A DNA stretch of 63,875 nt, counting the filler, from Rhabdomonas costata (Eukaryota), in NCBI GenBank assembly GCA_019059605.1. It is 19 parts of 19 records of this genome, joined end to end, with 100 filler letters (N's around TTAATTAATTAA, not from the genome) between each part and the next. Parts side by side here need not be neighbours in the genome. Positions count along the whole stretch, not along the records: positions 47,268 to 50,512 come from JAHMHO010001124.1; positions 50,613 to 53,854 come from JAHMHO010001125.1; positions 53,955 to 57,198 come from JAHMHO010001126.1; positions 57,299 to 60,534 come from JAHMHO010001127.1; positions 60,635 to 63,875 come from JAHMHO010001128.1; 14 more parts are not named here. One strand, 5' to 3'. Numbering within the stretch: position 1 is the stretch's first letter; every line of letters begins with the position of its first letter. Position numbers and translations under genes: made by a program. The notes below the pieces were generated by a model, which worked only from the letters and a program-made list of their open reading frames with translations, was not told the origin of the DNA and did no database searches. Shown here piece by piece: positions 49,814 through 63,763 of this stretch.

Positions 49814-51033
49814 CCTGCAAGGGAACCGCAGGATTTGCCCCCAAGCGCGGGTCATTGTATCGAGAAACTATGAAACCAAACACCCTCCTCTCTCCACACC
49901 AACATGTCTCCCGCAGGAAGCTTCACGAATTCAATCGGTACTGCTGCGCACAGCGAAGTGCGTTATTCTGTTTGTTTGTATCTGTTGCGCTTGTGTGGTT
50001 ACTCTTCTCTTTCACTCAAATCATATGAGCGCTGCCAGCCTCCCTTCAGCCTCCCTTTTGACAGGGCGGAGGGAGGGGAGTGTGTAAGTGGAGGGGGGAG
50101 GACCAGAGCCACTTTCTTCTAATGGGCGCAGCGAGGGAGCACACCACGAGATTCCACCGCATGAAGATTCGATCTAAATCGCGAGCTCGCCAAATTGTGT
50201 GAGAGAGAAGCGTGTGCGTTATTGTGCGCGTTTCCTTTCCGATTTTTAATCGCAAAACCAAACACAACTTTTCATAAGTCAAAGAAGAAAATCACGAGCT
50301 CACCAAATTTTGCGCGAAAAAAATCACCTTCCGAAAACAAAACACGGGAGAAGTTCAGAAGTGTTTGCGTCCTTACACAATCCTATCGTCCATACACTCG
50401 TATGTCTAAAAGCAACCCCCAAACTCCATTCCAAACCCAAACCTGTCAAGGCCCCACCTTCCGGTAAAAACCACTCCTCCGCCACCGCGATAGACACCTG
50501 CCAGCGCCACGGNNNNNNNNNNNNNNNNNNNNNNNNNNNNNNNNNNNNNNNNNNNNTTAATTAATTAANNNNNNNNNNNNNNNNNNNNNNNNNNNNNNNN
50601 NNNNNNNNNNNNGGGGGGTGGTGCAATGACCCATCAGACCCATGTGCTCGTTATTTCTACTACGAGAAGAAAGCGAATCTGCAGTGCTGTCACGGCATCT
50701 GAGCAATGGCCTCCTGCCTGAATCACCACTTCCATCCCCCACCATCCCCAACTCTCCGTGTTTGTCCCAAAGCGAGGCACTGAGCAGGGGGCAGAGCTTC
50801 CATTGCGTGGTGTGATGATCTGGCTGTTCTTGGGGAGGCAGAATCCAAAGCGATCCAAAAAACATTACCCTACGTTGTTCAAGAAACCGTTTTTGCCGTG
50901 TTCGAACAAACCCCGACCACATCTGCAGCATCAGACCAAAGGGAGCCGACTCTGGATACAGAGAAGCAGCACCAGCCCAAACCTAAAAGTTGCAACCGGA
51001 GTGAACAGCCCAAGTAAACCCCCGAAACAGTAC

Positions 51034-52206
51034 CCGAGCGGTGGCATTGTAGGAAGTGTTCGAAATCATAATCTCCCCAATGCGGCTGCGCCAATCCTTC
51101 TCCTTCCAGAGCATATTCCACCCGCACGCCAGGGACCCCTTGGTGCAGTTCGATTCCCCATGGGCAAGGGCGGGGAAGCCCGACAGGTGGAACCCCGAAA
51201 TCTCATTGGAGACGGCCCACTTTAAAGGCCCAGTGGCACCCTCCAAGCTGATCCCCAGGAACTGCCCGTCGGGAAGACCCAGCAGGGTGCTGGTGGGGCC
51301 GCGGCCCTGGGCCACCAGAGCGGCCATGGTGAAGGCGAGCTCCTTGCGCACATTTTCGGGCATTGGATCTTCTGCAGCCGGCACGACCAGGGATTGTGTT
51401 CGGGGGAAACTGGGCGGGAAATAACATTGAGCTTAGTGGCATCGACGTACACATGAGGTTAAGTGTAAAGGACAGGAACTCTGTCTGACCCAGGGACCCG
51501 TTTGCTCACTGAGGTAAACCGTAATAGCCCCCCAAAGAGGGGCGGGGAGTGACGTTTTGATTGAACACCTCGTAGCTAAAGGTCTAAGGGGGCCTGCACT
51601 CCCCCTTCGGGCTGCCGATTCCGAGTCTTCCACTCTAAAAAGATTAGATTGCCGAACAAAAATAATTTGTTATTGCTGTGCTCTCCACCGTGTTTGAATT
51701 TATAGGGCTTTGCTGTGATCCCGAGGAGCGGGAGATTTCCTTCGATAGCAAAATATACGTGGTTTGAGAAGCCGGCTGATTGCCCTTCTTGGGAGCGAAA
51801 GTTCAGTGTCAAGGCGTCAATTAGGGAGGGTACCCAGCTTCAACACAAAAGCAACACTCATCAGCACAGGCATGCCTGGGCCGATCTCGGAGGCCGCGAC
51901 GTACTCGGCAAGCTTTCGGGTGACACCGCTCATGATGCTGAGGTAGCTCGTCACCTCGTTCTCGACCACCGCGCATGCTAAGGTGCGATAACTGTGGCCC
52001 ACTCGGGCCAGAGCCACCTCTGCGTGGTTGTGGGTGAGAGCAAAGGTCATCCCCCCGACACTCATTAAGGAGACCATCGCAAGGGCCACGTGCAAGACCC
52101 GGACTGAAATCCGCGGGCAGCGGGGAAAGCGAGGCGACGAGATCCTGGGCTGCCGTGGGGTGGAGTGCTTTCCAGAGGGCTTGGTGCACATCGCACTTCG
52201 CTCCAT
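51034..52206 (-). CDS. N-terminal part of a membrane receptor (TM and Cache-like domain), probable receptor cyclase family
   Basis: ATG at 52206, just after an AG. TM helix VLHVALAMVSLMSVGGMTFAL, long helix, then LLGLPDGQFLGI and SYNATAR (Cache-like motifs). Confidence 0.55.
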
Positions 52207-54314
52207 TTCTTGTGGGGATAACAGCGCGATGTGAGTACCCCGAAAACTCGAAAGGCAAACAGGAGTGAGGAAATGGAAAAAATCGGAAGCAGCAGCACGT
52301 AAAAAAAGGGCACACCAAGAGGGACAGAAACCTGAGGACGGGAGCGGGCGTGCGCAAAGTAATACAAGGTCGGTTCGTTGAGGGCAGGCTACCTCTTTTT
52401 TTTTTGCTGGTGCTGTTTGTCGGCAAGCAGTACCCCTCCCCGGGCTGCTACCCGTTGCCCGTCGCGCGTCCTTCACGCGGGTCGACAAAACGGGATGCCA
52501 AGGTGCCGACACTGGGGACACAACTAAGTCCAACGAACACAGACTGCAACTGCATGGGTGGAGCTGGTGGACACCCTTGCGTGTCGAGACATCTCAGAGA
52601 CATCCAAGATGTCTCACATGTGCTCTTGTGAATCCTCCAACACGCCCCAACATTACCAACATTATGGAAAGGGCTGAAAGAGCTGAGCACCGCCCGACCC
52701 GATGTGAAACGAGATTGGGCTGGCTGTGTAATGAAAGGTGGAGTGATCTTGGGGTTTCATGGGCTTGCAGCATAATGCGCCCCATGCAGACGTGACCTCT
52801 GAGGCTATGGGTCTGGTGGGAGGATGGGCGATAGTGGCGTCGATACTCGGCGGCGTACGGAAAAAAGCTCAAAAACCACCTTCACCAAAGCAGAAGCAGA
52901 GCATAGCAGACTCTGAAAAGACTGGTCTTTCGCACACGTCCACCACACTGTTTGAGGGTGTGCGTGCGTGTGCTTGTAAGTGCAGGAAATGCGCACGTGG
53001 CCGAAGGCCGGGCTGACCAGGGCAACAACACGAAGAGCATTTGTACGGAAAAACGCTCAAACCCACCGACCATGAAAAAAAAACACAGCAAAAATGACCT
53101 CTAACCCTTTTCCCATTCTGAATTTCGTAGCCGCACCGTTAGCGGATATCCACAGAAGCTATCTCGCTTGGTGCTACACAGAGAGACTCAGGTTGACGAC
53201 GACCTGCATACACTTCTACAGGTGCACCTGCCTCGGCGGTCAGCGCATTGGCGCTCCAGGTGCTCTGCAGACGACCTGCTACGCCCCGAAATATCCCCGA
53301 GAAAGGCAAGCAAAGGTCAGCAAAGGCGGAGGGCTGCAAGGCGGGTTCTCAACCAAAGACTGCCTAAGAATCAGATAAGGAAACACAAGGTGCACAGTAG
53401 AGAGTGAAGACGACCCACCCCTCTCCTGCAGAACGCTGCAGAGGAAAAATAACACACAGACCGATTTTCCTGGCCCACACACCACAACCACGGGTGTCAA
53501 AAGAAGAGGGAAAGAACCGGGCGGGGGCGGGATGGAAGAAAAACGTGATGATGAAACCAGCCACCTCCGGTCCGGTTCTGTACTTCTCCAAATGAAAATT
53601 AAACATAACCTGGAGGATTGAAGAACTGCCTGTGCCGAATCTTGACCCAACGACAGCACCACACCAGCAAAGTGCAGGGCTGTACAGGTATGACGCACTG
53701 TCCCTGTGCGACTTAGTTTTCCGACACCACAAGCTTTCAACCCTCTTCGCTCACACGGCTAGGTAGACCCCACTTTCCATTTTGGCAATATTATAAGCAC
53801 GGGAGATGCTCTCTGTGGACCTTGCGTCACACCTGGTATGCTCCACCAAACCACNNNNNNNNNNNNNNNNNNNNNNNNNNNNNNNNNNNNNNNNNNNNTT
53901 AATTAATTAANNNNNNNNNNNNNNNNNNNNNNNNNNNNNNNNNNNNNNNNNNNNTTGTTTTGGTCATAAAATGATATTAATTCAAAGGTGGGTGACTGGG
54001 TTTGGTCTAAGGTTGTTGGGATTGAAATGGAATATCATCCTAGGAGTGACCTCCGTGAGAGGTTATTGGTCTCGCAGAGATACAGGGTGATGCAGGATCA
54101 TGAACCCACAGCAGAGGTTCTTGATTTCGGTTGGTAGTATTTGAGGGCGATGCAAATGAAGAAGAGAGATAAGAACCCCCCTTCCTGTGGATACTGCTGC
54201 GGCGCAGTTTGGTCCCCAATGGCCCTAAAGGGGATTTCCCCAAAAGCTGGCTCCCTGTCTCTGTCCAGATGTCTCCGGCTCCCTTGCGTTCACCCTTGCG
54301 TTCTGCCCCTGCAG

Positions 54315-56973
54315 GAAGGGACTGTAGTGGGGGACGTGCTTCTGGCGGCGGGGGTCACGGCCTACCTGGGTCCCTTCACGGCGCAGTACCGCCGTGAGGT
54401 GTTCGCGGAATGGGTGGCCCACCTGGACACCTTTGGCCTAAAGCACTCCGAGGATTGCGGCTTGCAGGTTCCTGACAGAGAAGGGGGTTGCGTCGTGTCA
54501 GGTTTTTGTTGGGTGCTGACCTGTTTCTTTTTCTTCTCTGCTGTACACAGCGTCATGCTTTGACGGTGCGATGGGCACTGCGTTCTTTCCGTGTGTGCAG
54601 GCCACAATGGGGGACCCGCTGGTTGTGCAGCAATGGCAGATGCTTGGGCTGCCGTGTGACAGCGTGTCCACGGAGAACGCGATCATCCTTACTCAGAGCA
54701 GCCGCTGGCCCCTCTGCATTGATCCTCAGGGCCAGGTCAGTGCTCGTGCCCCCCCGCACATCCCTTCCTTGTATCCACACCACTACCCCAGATAAAATTC
54801 CTCAAAAAGTGTAGGAAAGGGGGAATTTGTTCGTGCAAAACCCCTGTGTAAAGGCTCTTCATTCTTTTGTCTTTCGTTGCAGTACTTTCTATGCGCTCTG
54901 AAGATCATTCATCTCATCATTTCGCGCTCCTCCACCTTTTTACCCATCTGCCCAGATGTGCAGTTGCCGTCTTTTCTGTGCTTCTTTCGCATCGCCTAGC
55001 AGTTTTAACTCACTGCCCATTTGGTACCGGGTCTCTCTGTCGTACAATGCTCCCTGGTTCTTTTACGCTGCTTGGGACGTGCGCACCGTGAGCTTTATCT
55101 CATTTCTTCGACTCAGGCCAATGCTTGGATCAAGAACATGCAGAAGGACAGCCTGGTGGTGCTGAAGGCCTCGGACAAGGACTATCCCAAGGCCCTGGAG
55201 GCCTGCGTGAGGGGGGGCCAGCCGTGCCTGCTGGAGAACGTCGGGGAGGAGCTGGACCCCTTCCTGGACCCCCTGCTGCTGCACCAGACCTTCACCCAGG
55301 CCGACGCGGTGATGCTGCGGATGGGCGAGAACACCGTGGCCTACGACGAGAGGTTCCGGCTGTACCTCACCACCCGGCTGCCCAACCCGGCGTACAGCCC
55401 GGAGACCGCGATGAAGGTCTGCCTGCTGAACTTCTTCATCACTCCCGCCGGGCTGGAGGAGCAGCTCCTGGCCAAACTGGTGCGTGCCCTTCCCCACACA
55501 CGTACATATACACACACGCCCGTTTTTTTGGTGCAGAGCAGGTTATAGGTTCGCCGAACGGGAATGGGCCAGGGCAGGACTTAAACACTGAGACTGATTC
55601 CTCGGTCGAGGGTCAGGGGCCCTATTAAAAGAAAGGCATCGGGCGACCATTGCGAAGCAGTCTCTCAACAAATTATCCTCCTCCTTCCCTCCCGTGGGAT
55701 CTGGTTTCTAGCGTTTATTTATATTGCGTTTTGTGGCTTTTTTTGCAGGTGGCTCGAGAGCGTCGCGACTTGGAAGAGATGAAAACTATGCTCACGCAGT
55801 CCCGGGCCAGCATGACTCAGGAGCAGAACAACCTGCAGCTGACCATTCTTGAATTGCTGCAGCAGGAAGAGGTTGATGCCCCCCTACCTCTCCTTCAAGC
55901 CCTTTGGGGGCTATCCTTTTTTTACTGGGACCGGAGGGAATCTTTGCATATCTCTTTGTTGAAAACGGTTTTTAATAGGAAGTTTAGATGGAATGAAATG
56001 TAACTGAGAACCGCGCAGTATGTGCCTACTTCAGCGCCTCGATGGCTTGGTGACTTCTTGCGCTTTTTGGTGGTTTTGAAAGTATAGACACAAGTTGCCG
56101 CAGTGAATCTCTCTCACTCCCTCGATCGAAGGTTGGGGTCTCATCTTGCAACGCAAATATCTGCTGATTCCGGGCTGCCGCCGCAGGGTGACATCCTGGA
56201 GCAGGAGCAGCTCGTGGAGACTCTGGAGGCTAGCCGGACCAAGAGCGCCGAAATCGCGGCGAAGGTAGAGGAGCAGCGCACCGCGGAGGCCGAGACGGAC
56301 GAGGCCCGCGAGCGCTACCGACCCGTCGCGTTCCGCGCCGCCACGCTCTTCTTCTGCTGCGCTGAGCTGGCCTCCGTGGACCCGATGTACCAGTTCAGCC
56401 TGCAGTGGTGTGTTTCTATGTGTGTGCATGCGTGTTGGGGCACTGGGCCCGGATCTCTTCCGGGGAGTCGGACGGTGACTCTAACTCTAATGAGAGGGCA
56501 TGTCTGTGTACGTGTGTGCGTCAGGTCGTTAAGGAAGTGTACGAGCGCGGAAGGTTGGGTACCCACAAAGAGATCTCTAAATGCGCCAATCAGGTTTCCC
56601 AAGGCCCCGCGTACACTGTGGATCGGGGGTCACAACCCTACGTGACAAGACAGCGGGACAAGGTACCATGGTTAGCGTACCATGCTCTTGTAAGCAGCCT
56701 CCCGTTCTCATTCGCTCATTCACACTTCAGAGTGACGTGTCAAGATGTTAGAGGCAGTCTTGATACCGTTTGCTTTCTCACTTCTCAGGTTTGCGGCGCT
56801 GTTCCTGCTGGGCGCGGAGCAGGCCGAGAAGTCCGAGGACTTGGAGCAGCGGCTGCGCAACCTCACTCAGCACTTCACACAGAGCTTCTACGCCAACGTC
56901 TGCCGCAGCCTTTTCGAGAGGCACAAGCTTCTGCTTTCCCTTACTATGACCGCGGCGATTCTGCGAGCGGAGG
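54315..56973 (+). CDS. Axonemal dynein heavy chain, internal fragment (stalk end and AAA5 region)
   Basis: Six GT-AG exons: GDVLLAAG...YLGPFTAQYR, GLPCDSVSTENAII...RWPLCIDPQGQANAWIK, LLENVGEELDP, RLYLTTRLPNP, GLEEQLL, YRPVAFRA...VDPMYQFSLQWF, VCRSLFERHKL. Confidence 0.96.
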
Positions 56974-57117
56974 GTCGCCCCCTCTCTCCAATTCTCCTGC
57001 ACTCTTGCACTCTCTGTGTCTTTGCGGAAAAGATGGGATGAGGAAGGGGCCTGAAATTTTGGCCTGTGTTGCCTTTTGGCTTGTCTTTGGATTTATCTAA
57101 TGGAAAATGAATGTTGC

Positions 57118-57191
57118 GTGACTTGATCAGGTTCATGTTTATGTAAAAATGCATCGGCATTTTTACATAAACATGAACCTGATCAAGTCAC
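57118..57191. repeat. Terminal fold-back inverted repeat (likely amplification chimera)
   Basis: 35-bp perfect arms with a 4-nt loop, then a C/A tag and the contig end. Confidence 0.8.
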
Positions 57192-57446
57192 CCAACAANN
57201 NNNNNNNNNNNNNNNNNNNNNNNNNNNNNNNNNNNNNNNNNNTTAATTAATTAANNNNNNNNNNNNNNNNNNNNNNNNNNNNNNNNNNNNNNNNNNNNAC
57301 GTGTCGTTAGCTTACCATAAGCCGAGGGATTCCATGACTAACAAAACACACACCCTAACTTCCTAACTTCCCAAAACACACATCCTAACTTCGCAGCTTG
57401 GTTGTGTACTGTGCACCTCGCACACAAACACAAACACTAAGCTTAC

Positions 57447-60400
57447 TTTCGCGGAAATCGTCTGTCTCCAGCATCTTCCCCAGCCCAAACGCGATGTGGT
57501 CGTAGTCCGGGGGGCTGTCAAAGATCTGCGCCTTGAGGCCGCTCCTAGTGGGATGTTTGAGGCGGGTTTGAATTGACCTGACAGCTGCCGCACAGACACG
57601 GGAAGGTTTCTTGGCAAAAAGGTCGGCCCAAAGGAAGTTCGGGGGGGGGGTAACACTCACCTCTCCAAACGGTTGCCAGTGGTAACAGAAACAAAATATT
57701 TTTTGTACATAAACTACAAACAGTCACGTTTGCAGCTAATTGCAGCGCACTCGAAACGACGCTTACCTTGAGAGGTTAGATATACTTTGCCAGTGCTCCC
57801 TAGATGGTTGTTTCAGCAGTATGAAAACTAGCAGCTAAGGGCTCGTCAATGGCTGAGGAGGCTGAAGAGACAGCATTAATTTAGGGGCAAAGGCCTGCCC
57901 GGAGCGGGCGGCAGGGGTAGGGACGTGATCTGGGGGGCCTCTAACCACTTCTTTACAATGGTCTTCATTAGAAAAAATCTTACCACTCCCGCCCGCAGCA
58001 TCTATAACACGAAAAGACCTGAGGTACGCTACACCGTTAACTCAGAACTGCGTTATCATGTGTTGTTTTTCGCAGGCTGTATGCGTCATAACAGCAAACA
58101 TTATCCCTGTGGCCAGTGCGCAGGCCGATTATCTGGCACCTGGTGTCTCGTAGCATACACCAAAACAGAGTTTTTAGAAAACATCTCTTACAAGCAAATG
58201 CCATTTTGTGAGCAATTGCATTCTAAAATGGCGATCTTACAATTGATACAGGAGACGATGGCATTTGTATACGGTCCCACGACTCCAGGTTGGAACTATC
58301 CCCCCAAAGTCTGCGAAAAGGCAGGGTGCGGCAATACCGGGCCGTTCCGAAGTGCTCCGGGTCCGAGTTCATCGCAATCAGAGCCAACCCAAAGAGGCAC
58401 CCACTGACCGAAAAACCGTGGTACACCTGCGGTAGGACATAACTCTAACCGGCTCACAGGCCCCACAAGCGCAACAAGTGCTTTTCCGCTTGAGAGACAG
58501 AAACTTATTTAACGTGGGAAAGTGGGCAGGTGCATGCAGCATCACCAATGTGGGTGTTGTGTGAGCCATGGAATTGCGAAGAAAGAGGGTCAGCGAGTTT
58601 TTTTTAACTTAAAGAGATAAGGGGTGACCGGTTTCCAACAAAAGCTCCACGGCCTTCGGTGGCGGAGCTCAATGGCGTGAAGGGTTTGGGTTTCAATGGT
58701 CACGTGGGACACAACATAAGCTGTAACAGCAATACATTGTAGCACGCGCTTTCCGTACGAATCGCGGTCGGGAGTGAGGGTGTGGATGCAGTCAAAGAAA
58801 ACGTGAGTGGTCTACCACGCTGTGGTGAGTTTTGTCACGGATGCTCTGAGCGACACGGTCCAGCACGAAGCGCATGTGCTTCACCGCCAGGTCGGGCTGA
58901 AGGATGTGCTTGGGCGTCACGGCGTAGTCGATGGAGTCGAACCCCCTGCGGTGCAGGTCAGCGCAAGTTCTGATAGCGCTCAGAAAGCTATGAAGGATCC
59001 TTACGGGCAGAGAGGGATGCGCCAGGGGACCTTAGCGGCTTGAGTGGAATGACTAAGGGCCGTGCTCGGTGGAAAGCAGAAACCGGTGCCCTATGGACAC
59101 CAGCAGCAGTGGGGCTTGAGCAGCGGGGCATTCATGTGTCCGTGTCCGTGATGTGTGATGTGTGGCAACATAATATCCGCGGAAGCACGACGCCGGCTCA
59201 GGGAGGGAAAATATTAGGCGAACGGGCGTATCATGTGGCAGGACGAGCTGGGACAAGTCATGGGCACATCCCTACACACAAGGCTTAAACCTAAGAAAAC
59301 AACGCTCTCGCTTTAAACGCTGAACCGAGGAAGGCAATGAAAAGTTCATGGCCGAGAACAGTCATGGGTTTCGGCCTGTGAGCTTCATGTCAAGGTTTTA
59401 CCGGTGGTCTGAGAGGAGGATGTGATTGGGAGAGAGAGCGTTTTGGAACCAGAATGTTCCGGCCTCTCCCATGAAATGTAATTGTTTCGATTCGGACTGA
59501 GATGTTTCGTCATCATGAGAATAGACGACAGTTTAACAGCCAGTCAATGGGCAACCCGTGCGAGCTCCAGCACCCACCACATTCCATATGATCTGTAAGT
59601 GTGCAGTGTGCTTGTGGATCGCCCGTGTGGTAGGGTGGGCGGGAGTCCCCCAGAAACCGCTCGTGGTAGAACTCTAGGTACTTCTTGTACTGCGAGGGCT
59701 TGGCCCCGGTCCACCCCGAAAGGATAACCATGGAGCCCGTGCGCCGACCACATTCCGTGTACCGTACTCCTTTTGAGGAGAAACCCAAACAATACAGATA
59801 CGCGTGTAATGAATACAGAGGTTTCATTTAAAATTGTGCGATGACTCAATGAAGATTCGATGAAGAAAATGAGCAGATAGCACTAGTAAAACAATCATTC
59901 TCTGGTCACAAATGAGCTGAGGACCATGGCATTGGGGGGTGGGGGGCATTCAACGCGAAACGCTCAAAGTTCAGGATGTCGGATGTCGGTTTGGAGCATC
60001 CCTTTTTGGGCGTGTGGGTGTGGGTAGGAAGCCATGAAACGAGTTTACGAGGTCTTACGGAAAAACTGTGCCGAGCCCCCTGCCACAAAAACATGAAAAA
60101 AAAAAAAGCAAAATAAGCGGGTGGGGGGGGAATGGACCGTTAAGCGTGCAAAAGGATAATGATCTGTAAGGTGCTTCGAGCTCCTTCGGAATGGTGGTCT
60201 GGGGCATCCATTATGGGGGTATAGGGAGTGAATGGGCTTACAAACGAGTTGAAGAGGTCTTACGTAAAACAGTGTCAAACGTTCAACCACGACTCCAAAG
60301 AACATTAAAAAGGGACTGGAAGCGAAACTACAAGCGAAACAGTTGGCCGGGAGTGGACCTGGAGCAATCACCACAGGCTTGGAGACGGTACCCGACGCCG

Positions 60401-60512
60401 AAGTGGAAGTGGAAGAGGAGGAAGACGAGGAGGAAGCGGTCCTTACCCCACCAAAGCGAAGAAAGGCCATCATGGGAAAAGCCCTGCCACGGGTCCACAT
60501 CAGCGGAGTCAT
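57447..60512 (-). CDS. TMEM53/DUF829-family alpha/beta-hydrolase-fold protein, 3'-partial
   Basis: Exons 60512-60359, 59769-59658, 58945-58816, 58426-58338 and 57544-57447 have consistent phases: VILSGWTGAKPSQYKKYLEFYHERGFD, VYHGFSVSG and AQIFDSPPD. Confidence 0.82.
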
Positions 60513-60970
60513 CGCGATCGACGGCCCAAAAAAANNNNNNNNNNNNNNNNNNNNNNNNNNNNNNNNNNNNNNNNNNNNTTAATTAATTAANNNNNNNNNN
60601 NNNNNNNNNNNNNNNNNNNNNNNNNNNNNNNNNNGGGTGTTTTTATCGTTGATTTCTAATTATATGTCGTGCAAAGCATTGGGGGAGGGGTGTTAAATTG
60701 ATTTTGGAGATGTTACAGAGTGAGACAGTTTGAAAATAGGGAATTGATCTTTCGCTGCCAGGTGTTCTTATGGACTCCTTTGACAGCAACCTTCTCTTGG
60801 TTTGGTGGTCGAATGGGATTGGTCTAGTTGAGGGACAGAGACCAGTCCGCCACTAGACGGAGCGGGCCATTGAGGTTGTCACCAGGGGTTAGTGTATGAG
60901 TATGAGTATATGTATGAGTATTCGTGAATGTGGGCCAATTTCGGCTTTTGCACTCTCCTCGCTCTCTTAG

Positions 60971-61982
60971 GTCTGTGTGAAGTTGATCAAAGGTGGCGCG
61001 GAGGTTGATGCTCAGAACATTGACGGGTGGACCGCGGTGATGTTTGCTGCAAACAGTGGCCGAGCAAAGGTAAAATCGATACAATGCCCTACCCCATGCA
61101 CTGAGGCTGTAAACAGCAATGTACCGCTGTCTTCGGCCCTCGGCAGTGGCATTGACCCACGCCATTTGGAAGTTTGGCGAGGAGTTTTTGAAAAATAAAC
61201 GATGAATGGCGGTTTGGCTACTGAATGCTGTGAAAGAGTTATCGGTCGGGTCTCATTTGGTTGACGCAGTGCTGGTCTTGTGCCCTGATGAAGTTCTGAT
61301 TTTTGAACACCGGTGGACATGAGGAAGAGAGAAATCACGAAACAGAGGCGGATGTCGTTATCTAAGGGAAAAGAGAAATGGGACCTTCCCAACTCGGCGG
61401 AGAATCCTAGCCTGTCCAGAGCCCGCCCAGGGAGTAATCATACCGCAAGCAAGTAGGCATGACGATCACCCACTATTCTGTCGAACCCTTTTTCTGCTTA
61501 TGGCTGTGTCATCGGTGTACAGTGGATAGCCGCCGCGTTGGAGGTTAGCCCGTCGCCACCACTACTACTATCTTAACCCGCAATATTACCCCTCAATTCC
61601 GTGGTGCAGGTGTGCCTGAAGTTGGCTGAGCTCAACGCTAACCTGGACTTGCAGGACAACGAGGGGCGAACTGCTGTGATTCTCGCCGCAGAGGCATTTC
61701 AGGCCGAGGTAGAACTGAGAAATGGCATCAGGGAATGGTTGACGGGGTGATCTGTGAGTGGTCGAGTGGGGTGCTGCTTTCGATGTCTCCTCCCCCCATC
61801 CCCACCTCCTCTCTGTCTGTGCGGGTGGATGCCCAGAGGGTGTCTTGAGGTCGGTGTTTTCATGGGAAATCGATCTCCCTTTGTCTTCGTTTGTTTTTAA
61901 TTTTTCGGTTTCCTTTATGTGCTTGAACAAGCTGAAGGCCGGTTTGGAGGAACGATGGGGCTCTTCATGGGAAAGGATTTTT

Positions 61983-62020
<38 letters not shown>

Positions 62021-63763
62021 GTTCGCACCTCTCCCTCTCTGATCATGTTTTTGGACACTTTCGATTGCGGCTGCCGTCCTGCCTCCCAGAAAAAGAAAGA
62101 AAGAAAGAAAGAAGTTCTCTTTCGCCCCCTCAGTGCTGCTCAAAGCTGGTCGAGCTCAAGGCTGACCTCTCTTTGAAGGCCGATCATGGGTTCACTGATT
62201 TAATGCTGGCCGCAGCTGGAGGACAGCCCGAAGTGTGTAGCACACCCACGCAGCGGTCCATACACACGCGAACCGTCCGCGCTGACACGAATTCTTGCGA
62301 AGTAAGAAATGAGTGCTTAAGAGCCTATTTTTTACCTTTCTGTCGTTCAGCTTACAAAAGCCGTGAACCACTGCCGTGCCTCCCTTGCTTATTGCTCATC
62401 AGCTCTGCCTGCAGCTCATGCAGGGAGGGGCGGACGTGAACGCGTGCAACTCCAATGGCTGGACACCTCTACTGTTTTCCGCGTGGAGAGGCCTGACTGA
62501 GGTGCGCGTGCGATTGGGGGTACTGTTTGTGGCAGTCTGCCTCGCGTGTGGCTGAAAGAGCTGTGGACAATAAAATTAGCACAGTCTCAGTGGTCTAAGT
62601 GATCTATGTAGACACATATCGGCACTTGGGTAATTGAACTAAACCGCATGGATGGGTGGGGTGTACCTCTTTAAAAGAGGGAAGGATAAGGAAAGACCTT
62701 GACTTCCGGCAAAGCTGGCAGTCAGACCGATGGGTGGTCGTGATGTGTGGTGACGCTGACGTTCTTTCTTTTCAGACATGTACTCAGCTTGTGCTGAAGA
62801 ACGCGGACGTCAACGTCAAAGACGCTAGTGGTTACACCCCGCTAATTTTTGCGGCGGAGAAGGGCCATACCGAGGTGATTGATTTCGGGGGTGGTCTCAT
62901 TGTTTCTATCTTTTCCGGCGTCCTGTGATCTTGTTGGCTTTCCATTTTTTGTGAAATCTTTTCTTTTGATACAGCGTCATACCCCATCTCACCTAAACCC
63001 CAATCCTAAATAATAGTGCATGCTATTTTTTCAGATGCGGGTCATGAAATTTGTTCGACGTTTTTCCTTCACCTTTTCAGCTCAGCCTGGTATTTGACTC
63101 AATCTAAGTTGTTGGGGTAGACCCTGCGCGGGCTGCACGTTTTGCAGCTGTCCCTGTCCAACATTTAGGACACAAAAGTATTTGACCATGACGGCACCTC
63201 CCGCCTTGGCCGAAGCGGTTTACCGGTTTCAACCGTTTTTCGGCTGCGAATGTTCTACCCGACGGCTCATATTTCTCGCACAATTTTTAGCTGTGCATGA
63301 AGCTTCTTGACCTGAATGCCGACCTCACCGCCGAGAAATGGGAACGGACGGCTGTGACGTGGGCAGAAGTGTCCGGGCACGGACAGGTTTGCGGGCTTGT
63401 TTCCGCTTGTGTGGATGAAGAGATGAAGAGAGATTTCACAAGGGGTGTCGGCTGGCTTTTTTTTCGCGCACTCTTTTTTGTTCACTTCAAAGGGGGTGGC
63501 TCACCTTCCCAATGTTGTGGCCGCATGTTGTCCACCGGATCACTTGGAAGCGTCTTTGGCATTTAATTGCTTCATATGTCTGCACACCACATCAATTAAC
63601 AACTCAAAGCTCAGTCGCACACATAGGGTCTTCAGCGGAGCCATATTCGCCCATCACACGGCAGACTTCGGAAGTCTTTTTCTTTGGTTTGTGGGGTGTG
63701 GCTCAGCTTGCACAGCTCCTGCGCCGCCGCGCTGAGACCCAGGCCACCGCGAAGAGCCCGTAA
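60971..63763 (+). CDS. Ankyrin-repeat protein, C-terminal part
   Basis: Phase-0 exons 60971-61069, 61610-61708, 62134-62232, 62403-62501 and 62776-62874 (99 nt each), 63291-63386 (96 nt) and 63707-63763 (stop). Each repeat exon reads like ADVN..D..G.TPL..AA..G. Confidence 0.93.

Noticed and set aside
3259..60634. TTAATTAATTAA repeated about every 3.35 kb
   Set aside because: It is an artificial linker flanked by fixed N runs. It also means gene adjacency across spacers has no biological meaning.
62329..62370. FLPFCRSAYKSREP as a third copy of the shared peptide
   Set aside because: Only 7 of 14 residues are identical, which is expected by chance in six frames of 64 kb; it lies in an ankyrin intron.
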